Assembly: GCA_964057225.1 (NCBI GenBank)
Contig: OZ059896.1
Span: 3,596,001 to 3,660,000 of the forward strand
Reading direction: 5' to 3'
Length of the DNA stretch: 64,000 nt
From: Auanema rhodensis
Lineage: Eukaryota > Animalia > Nematoda
Shown here: positions 1-12,671 of the stretch, piece by piece
How the letters are laid out: every line of letters begins with the position of its first letter
How positions within the stretch are numbered: position 1 is the first letter of the stretch
The notes under the pieces: generated by a model
The model's input: the letters and a program-made list of their open reading frames with translations, nothing else
The model's database searches: none
Told to the model about the DNA's origin: nothing
Position numbers and translations under genes: made by a program

Positions 1-8
1 AAGTGCAC

Positions 9-16
9 ATCACGTG
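9..16 (+). promoter_or_regulatory. E-box/G-box CACGTG in an ATCACGTG context (matches the RTCACRTG CDEI consensus); present in most monomers
   Basis: Motif match only; no evidence of protein binding. Confidence 0.3.
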
Positions 17-152
17 TACATTTAATTAGCATAAATTAAAGTTCACGTAAATTTCAAAGTCATGGTTACCATGCACCAATATTAATAAAAATTTGTTTTT
101 AGACTAATATGGACATGAGGAATCTAATTTTGAAAATCGCATCTCTTTATCT

Positions 153-162
153 TTCACGTGAA
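153..162. promoter_or_regulatory. Perfect 10-bp palindrome TTCACGTGAA (second E-box); polymorphic among monomers through C157A
   Basis: Motif and palindrome are seen directly; function is unproven. Confidence 0.3.
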
Positions 163-528
163 GCGAGTTACATACCAAGTGCACATCACGTGTACATTTA
201 ATTAGCATAAATTAAAGTTCACGTAAATTTCAAAGTCATGGTTACCATGCACCAATATTAATAAAAATTTGTTTTTAGACTAATATGGACATGGGGAATC
301 TAATTTTGAGAACCGCATCTCTTTATCTTTCACGTGAAGCGAGTTACATACCAAGTGCACATCACGTGTACATTTAATTAGCATAAATTAAAGTTCACGT
401 AAATTTCAAAGTCATGGTTACCATGAACCAATATCAATAAAAATTTGTTTTTAGACTAATATGGACATGGGGAATCTAATTTTGAAAACCGCATCTCTTT
501 ATCTTTCAAGTGAAGCGAGTTACATACC

Positions 529-704
529 AAGTGCACATCACGTGTACATTTAATTAGCATAAATTAAAGTTCACGTAAATTTCAAAGTCATGGTTACCAT
601 GCACCAATATCAATAAAAATTTGTTTTTAGACTAATATGGACATGGGGAATCTAATTTTGAAAACCGCATCTCTTTATCTTTCACGTGAAGCGAGTTACA
701 TACC
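529..704 (+). repeat. Representative consensus-type monomer (C74 allele)
   Basis: Matches the majority sequence at every position. Contains GTGCAC (monomer 3-8), CACGTG (11-16, 155-160), TGTACA (15-20), GGTTACC (64-70) and 5 CpGs. Confidence 0.95.
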
Positions 705-1936
705 AAGTGCACATCACGTGTACATTTAATTAGCATAAATTAAAGTTCACGTAAATTTCAAAGTCATGGTTACCATGCACCAATATCAATAAAAATTTGT
801 TTTTAGACTAATATGGACATGGGGAATCTAATTTTGAAAACCGCATCTCTTTATCTTTCACGTGAAGCGAGTTACATACCAAGTGCACATCACGTGTACA
901 CTTAATTAGCATAAATTAAAGTTCACGTAAATTTCAAAGTCATGGTTACCATGCACCAATATCAATAAAAATTTGTTTTTAGACTAATATGGACATGGGG
1001 AATCTAATTTTGAAAACCGCATCTCTTTATCTTTCACGTGAAGCGAGTTACATACCAAGTGCACATCACGTGTACATTTAATTAGCATAAAGTAAAGTTC
1101 ACGTAAATTTCAAAGTCATGGTTACCATGCACCAATATCAATAAAAATTTGTTTTTAGACTAATATGGACATGGGGAATCTAATTTTGAAAATCGCATCT
1201 CTTTATCTTTCACGTGAAGCGAGTTACATACCAAGTGCACATCACGTGTACATTTAATTAGCATAAATTAAAGTTCACGTAAATTTCAAAGTCATGGTTA
1301 CCATGAACCAATATCAATAAAAATTTGTTTTTAGACTAATATGGACATGGGGAATCTAATTTTGAAAACCGCATCTCTTTATCTTTCACGTGAAGCGAGT
1401 TACATACCAAGTGCACATCACGTGTACATTTAATTAGCATAAATTAAAGTTCACGTAAATTTCAAAGTCATGGTTACCATGCACCAATATTAATAAAAAT
1501 TTGTTTTTAGACTAATATGGACATGGGGAATCTAATTTTGAAAACCGCATCTCTTTATCTTTCACGTGAAGCGAGTTACATACCAAGTGCACATCACGTG
1601 TACATTTAATTAGCATAAATTAAAGTTGACGTAAATTTCAAAGTCATGGTTACCATGCACCAATATCAATAAAAATTTGTTTTTAGACTAATATGGACAT
1701 GGGGAATCTAATTTTGAAAACCGCATCTCTTTATCTTTCACGTGAAGCGAGTTACATACCAAGTGCACATCACGTGTACACTTAATTAGCATAAATTAAA
1801 GTTCACGTAAATTTCAAAGTCATGGTTACCATGCACCAATATCAATAAAAATTTGTTTTTAGACTAATATGGACATGGGGAATCTAATTTTGAAAACCGC
1901 ATCTCTTTATCTTTCACGTGAAGCGAGTTACATACC

Positions 1937-2111
1937 AAGTGCACATCACGTGTACATTTAATTAGCATAAATTAAAGTTCACGTAAATTTCAAAGTCATG
2001 GTTACCATGCACCAATATCAATAAAAATTTGTTTTTAGACTAATATGGACATAGGAATCTAATTTTGAAAACCGCATCTCTTTATCTTTCAAGTGAAGCG
2101 AGTTACATACC
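1937..2111 (+). repeat. Only length-variant monomer seen (175 bp; GGACATAGGAATC instead of GGACATGGGGAATC)
   Basis: Register shifts from 1+176k to 176k across this unit; sequence at 2047-2059 reads ggacataggaatc. Confidence 0.93.
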
Positions 2112-4927
2112 AAGTGCACATCACGTGTACATTTAATTAGCATAAATTAAAGTTCACGTAAATTTCAAAGTCATGGTTACCATGCACCAATATCAATAAA
2201 AATTTGTTTTTAGACTAATATGAACATGGGGAATCTAATTTTGGAAACCGCATCTCTTTATCTTTCACGTGAAGCGAGTTACATACCAAGTGCACATAAC
2301 GTGTACATTTAATTAGCATAAATTAAAGTTCACGTAAATTTCAAAGTCATGGTTACCATGAACCAATATCAATAAAAATTTGTTTTCAGACTAATTTGGA
2401 CATGGGGAATCTAATTTTGAAAACCGCATCTCTTTATCTTTCACGTGAAGCGAGTTACATACCAAGTGCACATCACGTGTACACTTAATTAGCATAAATT
2501 AAAGTTCACGTAAATTTCAAAGTCATGGTTACCATGCACCAATATTAATAAAAATTTGTTTTTAGACTAATATGGACATGAGGAATCTAATTTTGAAAAT
2601 CGCATCTCTTTATCTTTCACGTGAAGCGAGTTACATACCAAGTGCACATCACGTGTACATTTAATTAGCATAAATTAAAGTTCACGTAAATTTCAAAGTC
2701 ATGGTTACCATGAACCAATATCAATAAAAATTTGTTTTTAGACTAATATGGACATGGGGAATCTAATTTTGAAAACCGCATCTCTTTATCTTTCACGTGA
2801 AGCGAGTTACATACCAAGTGCACATCACGTGTACATTTAATTAGCATAAAGTAAAGTTCACGTAAATTTCAAAGTCATGGTTACCATGAACCAATATCAA
2901 TAAAAATTTGTTTTTAGACTAATATGGACATGGGGAATCTAATTTTGAAAACCGCATCTCTTTATCTTTCACGTGAAGCGAGTTACATACCAAGTGCACA
3001 TCACGTGTACATTTAATTAGCATAAATTAAAGTTCACGTAAATTTCAAAGTCATGGTTACCATGCACCAATATTAATAAAAAATTGTTTTTAGACTAATA
3101 TGGACATGGGGAATCTAATTTTGGAAATCGCATCTCTTTATCTTTCACGTGAAGCGAGTTACATACCAAGTGCACATCACGTGTACATTTAATTAGCATA
3201 AATTAAAGTTCACGTAAATTTCAAAGTCATGGTTACCATGAACCAATATCAATAAAAATTTGTTTTTAGACTAATATGGACATGGGGAATCTAATTTTGA
3301 AAACCGCATCTCTTTATCTTTCAAGTGAAGCGAGTTACATACCAAGTGCACATCACGTGTACATTTAATTAGCATAAATTAAAGTTCACGTAAATTTCAA
3401 AGTCATGGTTACCATGAACCAATATCAATAAAAATTTGTTTTCAGACTAATTTGGACATGGGGAATCTAATTTTGAAAACCGCATCTCTTTATCTTTCAA
3501 GTGAAGCGAGTTACATACCAAGTGCACATCACGTGTACATTTAATTAGCATAAATTAAAGTTCACGTAAATTTCAAAGTCATGGTTACCATGCACCAATA
3601 TCAATAAAAATTTGTTTTTAGACTAATATGAACATGGGGAATCTAATTTTGGAAACCGCATCTCTTTATCTTTCACGTGAAGCGAGTTACATACCAAGTG
3701 CACATAACGTGTACATTTAATTAGCATAAATTAAAGTTCACGTAAATTTCAAAGTCATGGTTACCATGAACCAATATCAATAAAAATTTGTTTTCAGACT
3801 AATTTGGACATGGGGAATCTAATTTTGAAAACCGCATCTCTTTATCTTTCAAGTGAAGCGAGTTACATACCAAGTGCACATCACGTGTACATTTAATTAG
3901 CATAAATTAAAGTTCACGTAAATTTCAAAGTCATGGTTACCATGCACCAATATTAATAAAAATTTGTTTTTAGACTAATATGGACATGAGGAATCTAATT
4001 TTGAAAATCGCATCTCTTTATCTTTCACGTGAAGCGAGTTACATACCAAGTGCACATCACGTGTACATTTAATTAGCATAAATTAAAGTTCACGTAAATT
4101 TCAAAGTCATGGTTACCATGAACCAATATCAATAAAAATTTGTTTTTAGACTAATATGGACATGGGGAATCTAATTTTGAAAACCGCATCTCTTTATCTT
4201 TCACGTGAAGCGAGTTACATACCAAGTGCACATCACGTGTACATTTAATTAGCATAAAGTAAAGTTCACGTAAATTTCAAAGTCATGGTTACCATGAACC
4301 AATATCAATAAAAATTTGTTTTTAGACTAATATGGACATGGGGAATCTAATTTTGAAAACCGCATCTCTTTATCTTTCACGTGAAGCGAGTTACATACCA
4401 AGTGCACATCACGTGTACATTTAATTAGCATAAATTAAAGTTCACGTAAATTTCAAAGTCATGGTTACCATGCACCAATATTAATAAAAAATTGTTTTTA
4501 GACTAATATGGACATGGGGAATCTAATTTTGGAAATCGCATCTCTTTATCTTTCACGTGAAGCGAGTTACATACCAAGTGCACATCACGTGTACATTTAA
4601 TTAGCATAAATTGAAGTTCACGTAAATTTCAAAGTCATGGTTACCATGAACCAATATCAATAAAAATTTGTTTTTAGACTAATATGGACATGGGGAATCT
4701 AATTTTGAAAACCGCATCTCTTTATCTTTCAAGTGAAGCGAGTTACATACCAAGTGCACATCACGTGTACATTTAATTAGCATAAATTAAAGTTCACGTA
4801 AATTTCAAAGTCATGGTTACCATGAACCAATATCAATAAAAATTTGTTTTCAGACTAATTTGGACATGGGGAATCTAATTTTGAAAACCGCATCTCTTTA
4901 TCTTTCAAGTGAAGCGAGTTACATACC
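2112..4927 (+). repeat. Local HOR: 8-monomer block (1408 bp) x2
   Basis: The variant order [G112A+A133G],[C11A+T100C+A109T],[C83T+G118A+C137T],[A74],[T36G],[C83T+T92A+A133G+C137T],[C157A],[T100C+A109T+C157A] occurs at 2112-3519 and again at 3520-4927, with about three private differences. Confidence 0.88.
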
Positions 4928-6687
4928 AAGTGCACATCACGTGTACATTTAATTAGCATAAATTAAAGTTCACGTAAATTTCAAAGTCATGGTTACCATG
5001 AACCAATATCAATAAAAATTTGTTTTTAGACTAATATGGACATGGGGAATCTAATTTTGAAAACCGCATCTCTTTATCTTTCACGTGAAGCGAGTTACAT
5101 ACCAAGTGCACATCACGTGTACATTTAATTAGCATAAAGTAAAGTTCACGTAAATTTCAAAGTCATGGTTACCATGCACCAATATCAATAAAAATTTGTT
5201 TTTAGACTAATATGGACATGGGGAATCTAATTTTGAAAATCGCATCTCTTTATCTTTCACGTGAAGCGAGTTACATACCAAGTGCACATCACGTGTACAT
5301 TTAATTAGCATAAATTAAAGTTCACGTAAATTTCAAAGTCATGGTTACCATGAACCAATATCAAAAAAAATTTGTTTTTAGACTAATATGGACATGGGGA
5401 ATCTAATTTTGAAAACCGCATCTCTTTATCTTTCACGTGAAGCGAGTTACATACCAAGTGCACATCACGTGTACATTTAATTAGCATAAATTAAAGTTCA
5501 CGTAAATTTCAAAGTCATGGTTACCATGCACCAATATTAATAAAAATTTGTTTTTAGACTAATATGGACATGGGGAATCTAATTTTGAAAACCGCATCTC
5601 TTTATCTTTCACGTGAAGCGAGTTACATACCAAGTGCACATCACGTGTACATTTAATTAGCATAAATTAAAGTTCACGTAAATTTCAAAGTCATGGTTAC
5701 CATGAACCAATATCAATAAAAATTTGTTTTTAGACTAATATGGACAAGGGGAATCTAATTTTGAAAACCGCATCTCTTTATCTTTCACGTGAAGCGAGTT
5801 ACATACCAAGTGCACATCACGTGTACATTTAATTAGCATAAATTAAAGTTCACGTAAAATTCAAAGTCATGGTTACCATGAACCAATATCAATAAAAATT
5901 TGTTTTTAAACTAATATGGACATGGGGAATCTAATTTTGAAAACCGCATCTCTTTATCTTTCACGTGAAGCGAGTTACATACCTAGTGCACATCACGTGT
6001 ACATTTAATTAGCATAAATTAAAGTTCACGTAAATTTCAAAGTCATGGTTACCATGAACCAATATCAATAACAATTTGTTTTTAGACTAATTTGGACATG
6101 GGGAATCTAATTTTGAAAACCGCATCTCTTTATCTTTCAAGTGAAGCGAGTTACATACCAAGTGCACATCACGTGTACATTTAATTAGCATAAATTAAAG
6201 TTCACGTAAATTTCAAAGTCATGGTTACCATGCACCAATATCAATAAAAATTTGTTTTTAGACTAATATGGACATGGGGAATCTAATTTTGAAAACCGCA
6301 TCTCTTTATCTTTCACGTGAAGCGAGTTACATACCAAGTGCACATCACGTGTACACTTAATTAGCATAAATTAAAGTTCACGTAAATTTCAAAGTCATGG
6401 TTACCATGCACCAATATCAATAAAAATTTGTTTTTAGACTAATATGGACATGGGGAATCTAATTTTGAAAACCGCATCTCTTTATCTTTCACGTGAAGCG
6501 AGTTACATACCAAGTGCACATCACGTGTACATTTAATTAGCATAAAGTAAAGTTCACGTAAATTTCAAAGTCATGGTTACCATGAACCAATATCAATAAA
6601 AATTTGTTTTTAGACTAATATGGACATGGGGAATCTAATTTTGAAAACCGCATCTCTTTATCTTTCACGTGAAGCGAGTTACATACC

Positions 6688-9600
6688 AAGTGCACATCAC
6701 GTGTACATTTAATTAGCATAAATTAAAGTTCACGTAAATTTCAAAGTCATGGTTACCATGCACCAATATTAATAAAAATTTGTTTTTAGACTAATATGGA
6801 CATGGGGAATCTAATTTTGAAAACCGCATCTCTTTATCTTTCACGTGAAGCGTGTTACATACCAAGTGCACATCACGTGTACATTTAATTAGCATAAATT
6901 AAAGTTCACGTAAATTTCAAAGTCATGGTTACCATGCACCAATATCAATAAAAATTTGTTTTTAGACTAATATGGACATGGGGAATCTAATTTTGAAAAC
7001 CGCATCTCTTTATCTTTCAAGTGAAGCGAGTTACATACCAAGTGCACATCACGTGTACATTTAATTAGCATAAATTAAAGTTCACGTAAATTTCAAAGTC
7101 ATGGTTACCATGCACCAATATCAATAAAAATTTGTTTTTAGACTAATATGAACATGGGGAATCTAATTTTGGAAACCGCATCTCTTTATCTTTCACGTGA
7201 AGCGAGTTACATACCAAGTGCACATAACGTGTACATTTAATTAGCATAAATTAAAGTTCACGTAAATTTCAAAGTCATGGTTACCATGAACCAATATCAA
7301 TAAAAATTTGTTTTCAGACTAATTTGGACATGGGGAATCTAATTTTGAAAACCGCATCTCTTTATCTTTCAAGTGAAGCGAGTTACATACCAAGTGCACA
7401 TCACGTGTACATTTAATTAGCATAAATTAAAGTTCACGTAAATTTCAAAGTCATGGTTACCATGCACCAATATTAATAAAAATTTGTTTTTAGACTAATA
7501 TGGACATGAGGAATCTAATTTTGAAAATCGCATCTCTTTATCTTTCACGTGAAGCGAGTTACATACCAAGTGCACATCACGTGTACATTTAATTAGCATA
7601 AATTAAAGTTCACGTAAATTTCAAAGTCATGGTTACCATGCACCAATATTAATAAAAATTTGTTTTTAGACTAATATGGACATGGGGAATCTAATTTTGA
7701 AAACCGCATCTCTTTATCTTTCACGTGAAGCGAGTTACATACCAAGTGCACATCACGTGTACATTTAATTAGCATAAATTAAAGTTCACGTAAATTTCAA
7801 AGTCATGGTTACCATGAACCAATATCAATAAAAATTTGTTTTTAGACTAATATGGACATGGGGAATCTAATTTTGAAAACCGCATCTCTTTATCTTTCAA
7901 GTGAAGCGAGTTACATACCAAGTGCACATCACGTGTACATTTAATTAGCATAAATTAAAGTTCACGTAAATTTCAAAGTCATGGTTACCATGCACCAATA
8001 TCAATAAAAATTTGTTTTTAGACTAATATGGACATGGGGAATCTAATTTTGAAAACCGCATCTCTTTATCTTTCACGTGAAGCGAGTTACATACCAAGTG
8101 CACATCACGTGTACATTTAATTAGCATAAATTAAAGTTCACGTAAATTTCAAAGTCATGGTTACCATGCACCAATATCAATAAAAATTTGTTTTTAGACT
8201 AATATGGACATGGGGAATCTAATTTTGAAAACCGCATCTCTTTATCTTTCACGTGAAGCGAGTTACATACCAAGTGCACATCACGTGTACACTTAATTAG
8301 CATAAATTAAAGTTCACGTAAATTTCAAAGTCATGGTTACCATGCACCAATATCAATAAAAATTTGTTTTTAGACTAATATGGACATGGGGAATCTAATT
8401 TTGAAAACCGCATCTCTTTATCTTTCACGTGAAGCGAGTTACATACCAAGTGCACATCACGTGTACATTTAATTAGCATAAAGTAAAGTTCACGTAAATT
8501 TCAAAGTCATGGTTACCATGCACCAATATCAATAAAAATTTGTTTTTAGACTAATATGGACATGGGGAATCTAATTTTGAAAATCGCATCTCTTTATCTT
8601 TCACGTGAAGCGAGTTACATACCAAGTGCACATCACGTGTACATTTAATTAGCATAAATTAAAGTTCACGTAAATTTCAAAGTCATGGTTACCATGAACC
8701 AATATCAATAAAAATTTGTTTTTAGACTAATATGGACATGGGGAATCTAATTTTGAAAACCGCATCTCTTTATCTTTCACGTGAAGCGAGTTACATACCA
8801 AGTGCACATCACGTGTACATTTAATTAGCATAAATTAAAGTTCACGTAAATTTCAAAGTCATGGTTACCATGCACCAATATTAATAAAAATTTGTTTTTA
8901 GACTAATATGGACATGGGGAATCTAATTTTGAAAACCGCATCTCTTTATCTTTCACGTGAAGCGTGTTACATACCAAGTGCACATCACGTGTACATTTAA
9001 TTAGCATAAATTAAAGTTCACGTAAATTTCAAAGTCATGGTTACCATGCACCAATATCAATAAAAATTTGTTTTTAGACTAATATGGACATGGGGAATCT
9101 AATTTTGAAAACCGCATCTCTTTATCTTTCAAGTGAAGCGAGTTACATACCAAGTGCACATCACGTGTACATTTAATTAGCATAAATTAAAGTTCACGTA
9201 AATTTCAAAGTCATGGTTACCATGCACCAATATCAATAAAAATTTGTTTTTAGACTAATATGAACATGGGGAATCTAATTTTGGAAACCGCATCTCTTTA
9301 TCTTTCACGTGAAGCGAGTTACATACCAAGTGCACATAACGTGTACATTTAATTAGCATAAATTAAAGTTCACGTAAATTTCAAAGTCATGGTTACCATG
9401 AACCAATATCAATAAAAATTTGTTTTCAGACTAATTTGGACATGGGGAATCTAATTTTGAAAACCGCATCTCTTTATCTTTCAAGTGAAGCGAGTTACAT
9501 ACCAAGTGCACATCACGTGTACATTTAATTAGCATAAATTAAAGTTCACGTAAATTTCAAAGTCATGGTTACCATGCACCAATATTAATAAAAATTTGTT

Positions 9601-11087
9601 TTTAGACTAATATGGACATGAGGAATCTAATTTTGAAAATCGCATCTCTTTATCTTTCACGTGAAGCGAGTTACATACCAAGTGCACATCACGTGTACAT
9701 TTAATTAGCATAAATTAAAGTTCACGTAAATTTCAAAGTCATGGTTACCATGCACCAATATTAATAAAAATTTGTTTTTAGACTAATATGGACATGGGGA
9801 ATCTAATTTTGAAAACCGCATCTCTTTATCTTTCACGTGAAGCGAGTTACATACCAAGTGCACATCACGTGTACATTTAATTAGCATAAATTAAAGTTCA
9901 CGTAAATTTCAAAGTCATGGTTACCATGAACCAATATCAATAAAAATTTGTTTTTAGACTAATATGGACATGGGGAATCTAATTTTGAAAACCGCATCTC
10001 TTTATCTTTCAAGTGAAGCGAGTTACATACCAAGTGCACATCACGTGTACATTTAATTAGCATAAATTAAAGTTCACGTAAATTTCAAAGTCATGGTTAC
10101 CATGCACCAATATCAATAAAAATTTGTTTTTAGACTAATATGGACATGGGGAATCTAATTTTGAAAACCGCATCTCTTTATCTTTCACGTGAAGCGAGTT
10201 ACATACCAAGTGCACATCACGTGTACATTTAATTAGCATAAATTAAAGTTCACGTAAATTTCAAAGTCATGGTTACCATGCACCAATATCAATAAAAATT
10301 TGTTTTTAGACTAATATGGACATGGGGAATCTAATTTTGAAAACCGCATCTCTTTATCTTTCACGTGAAGCGAGTTACATACCAAGTGCACATCACGTGT
10401 ACACTTAATTAGCATAAATTAAAGTTCACGTAAATTTCAAAGTCATGGTTACCATGCACCAATATCAATAAAAATTTGTTTTTAGACTAATATGGACATG
10501 GGGAATCTAATTTCGAAAACCGCATCTCTTTATCTTTCACGTGAAGCGAGTTACATACCAAGTGCACATCACGTGTACATTTAATTAGCATAAAGTAAAG
10601 TTCACGTAAATTTCAAAGTCATGGTTACCATGCACCAATATCAATAAAAATTTGTTTTTAGACTAATATGGACATGGGGAATCTAATTTTGAAAATCGCA
10701 TCTCTTTATCTTTCACGTGAAGCGAGTTACATACCAAGTGCACATCACGTGTACATTTAATTAGCATAAATTAAAGTTCACGTAAATTTCAAAGTCATGG
10801 TTACCATGAACCAATATCAATAAAAATTTGTTTTTAGACTAATATGGACATGGGGAATCTAATTTTGAAAACCGCATCTCTTTATCTTTCACGTGAAGCG
10901 AGTTACATACCAAGTGCACATCACGTGTACATTTAATTAGCATAAATTAAAGTTCACGTAAATTTCAAAGTCATGGTTACCATGCACCAATATTAATAAA
11001 AATTTGTTTTTAGACTAATATGGACATGGGGAATCTAATTTTGAAAACCGCATCTCTTTATCTTTCACGTGAAGCGTGTTACATACC
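6688..11087 (+). repeat. Local HOR: 12-monomer block (2112 bp) x2 plus the first monomer of a third copy
   Basis: Rare A166T (GCGTGTT) at 6853, 8965 and 11077, exactly 2112 bp apart. Intervening variant order is identical apart from one private SNV at 10514. Confidence 0.92.
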
Positions 11088-12671
11088 AAGTGCACATCAC
11101 GTGTACATTTAATTAGCATAAATTAAAGTTCACGTAAATTTCAAAGTCATGGTTACCATGCACCAATATCAATAAAAATTTGTTTTTAGACTAATATGGA
11201 CACGGAGAATCTAATTTTGAAAACCGCATCTCTTTATCTTTCACGTGAAGCGAGTTACATACCAAGTGCACATCACGTGTACATTTAATTAGCATAAATT
11301 AAAGTTCACGTAAATTTCAAAGTCATGGTTACCATGCACCAATATCAATAAAAATTTGTTTTTAGACTAATATGGACATGGGGAATCTAATTTTGAAAAC
11401 CGCATCTCTTTATCTTTCACGTGAAGCGAGTTACATACCAAGTGCACATCACGTGTACACTTAATTAGCATAAATTAAAGTTCACGTAAATTTCAAAGTC
11501 ATGGTTACCATGCACCAATATCAATAAAAATTTGTTTTTAGACTAATATGGACATGGGGAATCTAATTTTGAAAACCGCATCTCTTTATCTTTCACGTGA
11601 AGCGAGTTACATACCAAGTGCACATCACGTGTACATTTAATTAGCATAAATTAAAGTTCACGTAAATTTCAAAGTCATGGTTACCATGCACCAATATCAA
11701 TAAAAATTTGTTTTTAGACTAATATGGACATGGGGAATCTAATTTTGAAAACCGCATCTCTTTATCTTTCAAGTGAAGCGAGTTACATACCAAGTGCACA
11801 TCACGTGTACATTTAATTAGCATAAATTAAAGTTCACGTAAATTTCAAAGTCATGGTTACCATGCACCAATATCCATAAAAATTTGTTTTTAGACTAATA
11901 TGAACATGGGGAATCTAATTTTGGAAACCGCATCTCTTTATCTTTCACGTGAAGCGAGTTACATACCAAGTGCACATAACGTGTACATTTAATTAGCATA
12001 AATTAAAGTTCACGTAAATTTCAAAGTCATGGTTACCATGAACCAATATCAATAAAAATTTGTTTTCAGACTAATTTGGACATGGGGAATCTAATTTTGA
12101 AAACCGCATCTCTTTATCTTTCAAGTGAAGCGAGTTACATACCAAGTGCACATCACGTGTACATTTAATTAGCATAAATTAAAGTTCACGTAAATTTCAA
12201 AGTCATGGTTACCATGCACCAATATTAATAAAAATTTGTTTTTAGACTAATATGGACATGAGGAATCTAATTTTGAAAATCGCATCTCTTTATCTTTCAC
12301 GTGAAGCGAGTTACATACCAAGTGCACATCACGTGTACATTTAATTAGCATAAATTAAAGTTCACGTAAATTTCAAAGTCATGGTTACCATGAACCAATA
12401 TCAATAAAAATTTGTTTTTAGACTAATATGGACATGGGGAATCTAATTTTGAAAACCGCATCTCTTTATCTTTCACGTGAAGCGAGTTACATACCAAGTG
12501 CACATCACGTGTACATTTAATTAGCATAAAGTAAAGTTCACGTAAATTTCAAAGTCATGGTTACCATGAACCAATATCAATAAAAATTTGTTTTTAGACT
12601 AATATGGACATGGGGAATCTAATTTTGAAAACCGCATCTCTTTATCTTTCACGTGAAGCGAGTTACATACC

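Noticed and set aside
84-89. AATAAA polyadenylation signal in each monomer
   Set aside because: Expected by chance in 68% AT sequence, with no transcript context.
9-140. Budding-yeast point centromere (CDEI, AT-rich CDEII, CCG of CDEIII)
   Set aside because: ATCACGTG matches CDEI and a CCG lies downstream, but the spacer is far less AT-rich than CDEII, there is no TGT...CCGAA CDEIII in the consensus, and point centromeres are not tandemly arrayed.
1-176. Identity with known ~176-bp satellites (Brassica CentBr, honeybee AluI repeat, Arabidopsis CEN178, alpha satellite)
   Set aside because: Only the length is similar. The monomer has no AAGCTT or AGCT site and I recognise no sequence similarity; a database search is still needed.
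1-176. Canonical CENP-B box (TTCG....A..CGGG)
   Set aside because: Not present on either strand of the consensus.
1-176. Tandem 5S rRNA, tRNA, snRNA or spliced-leader gene array
   Set aside because: No recognisable A/B/C boxes, cloverleaf or conserved RNA sequence; an Infernal/Rfam scan would settle it.
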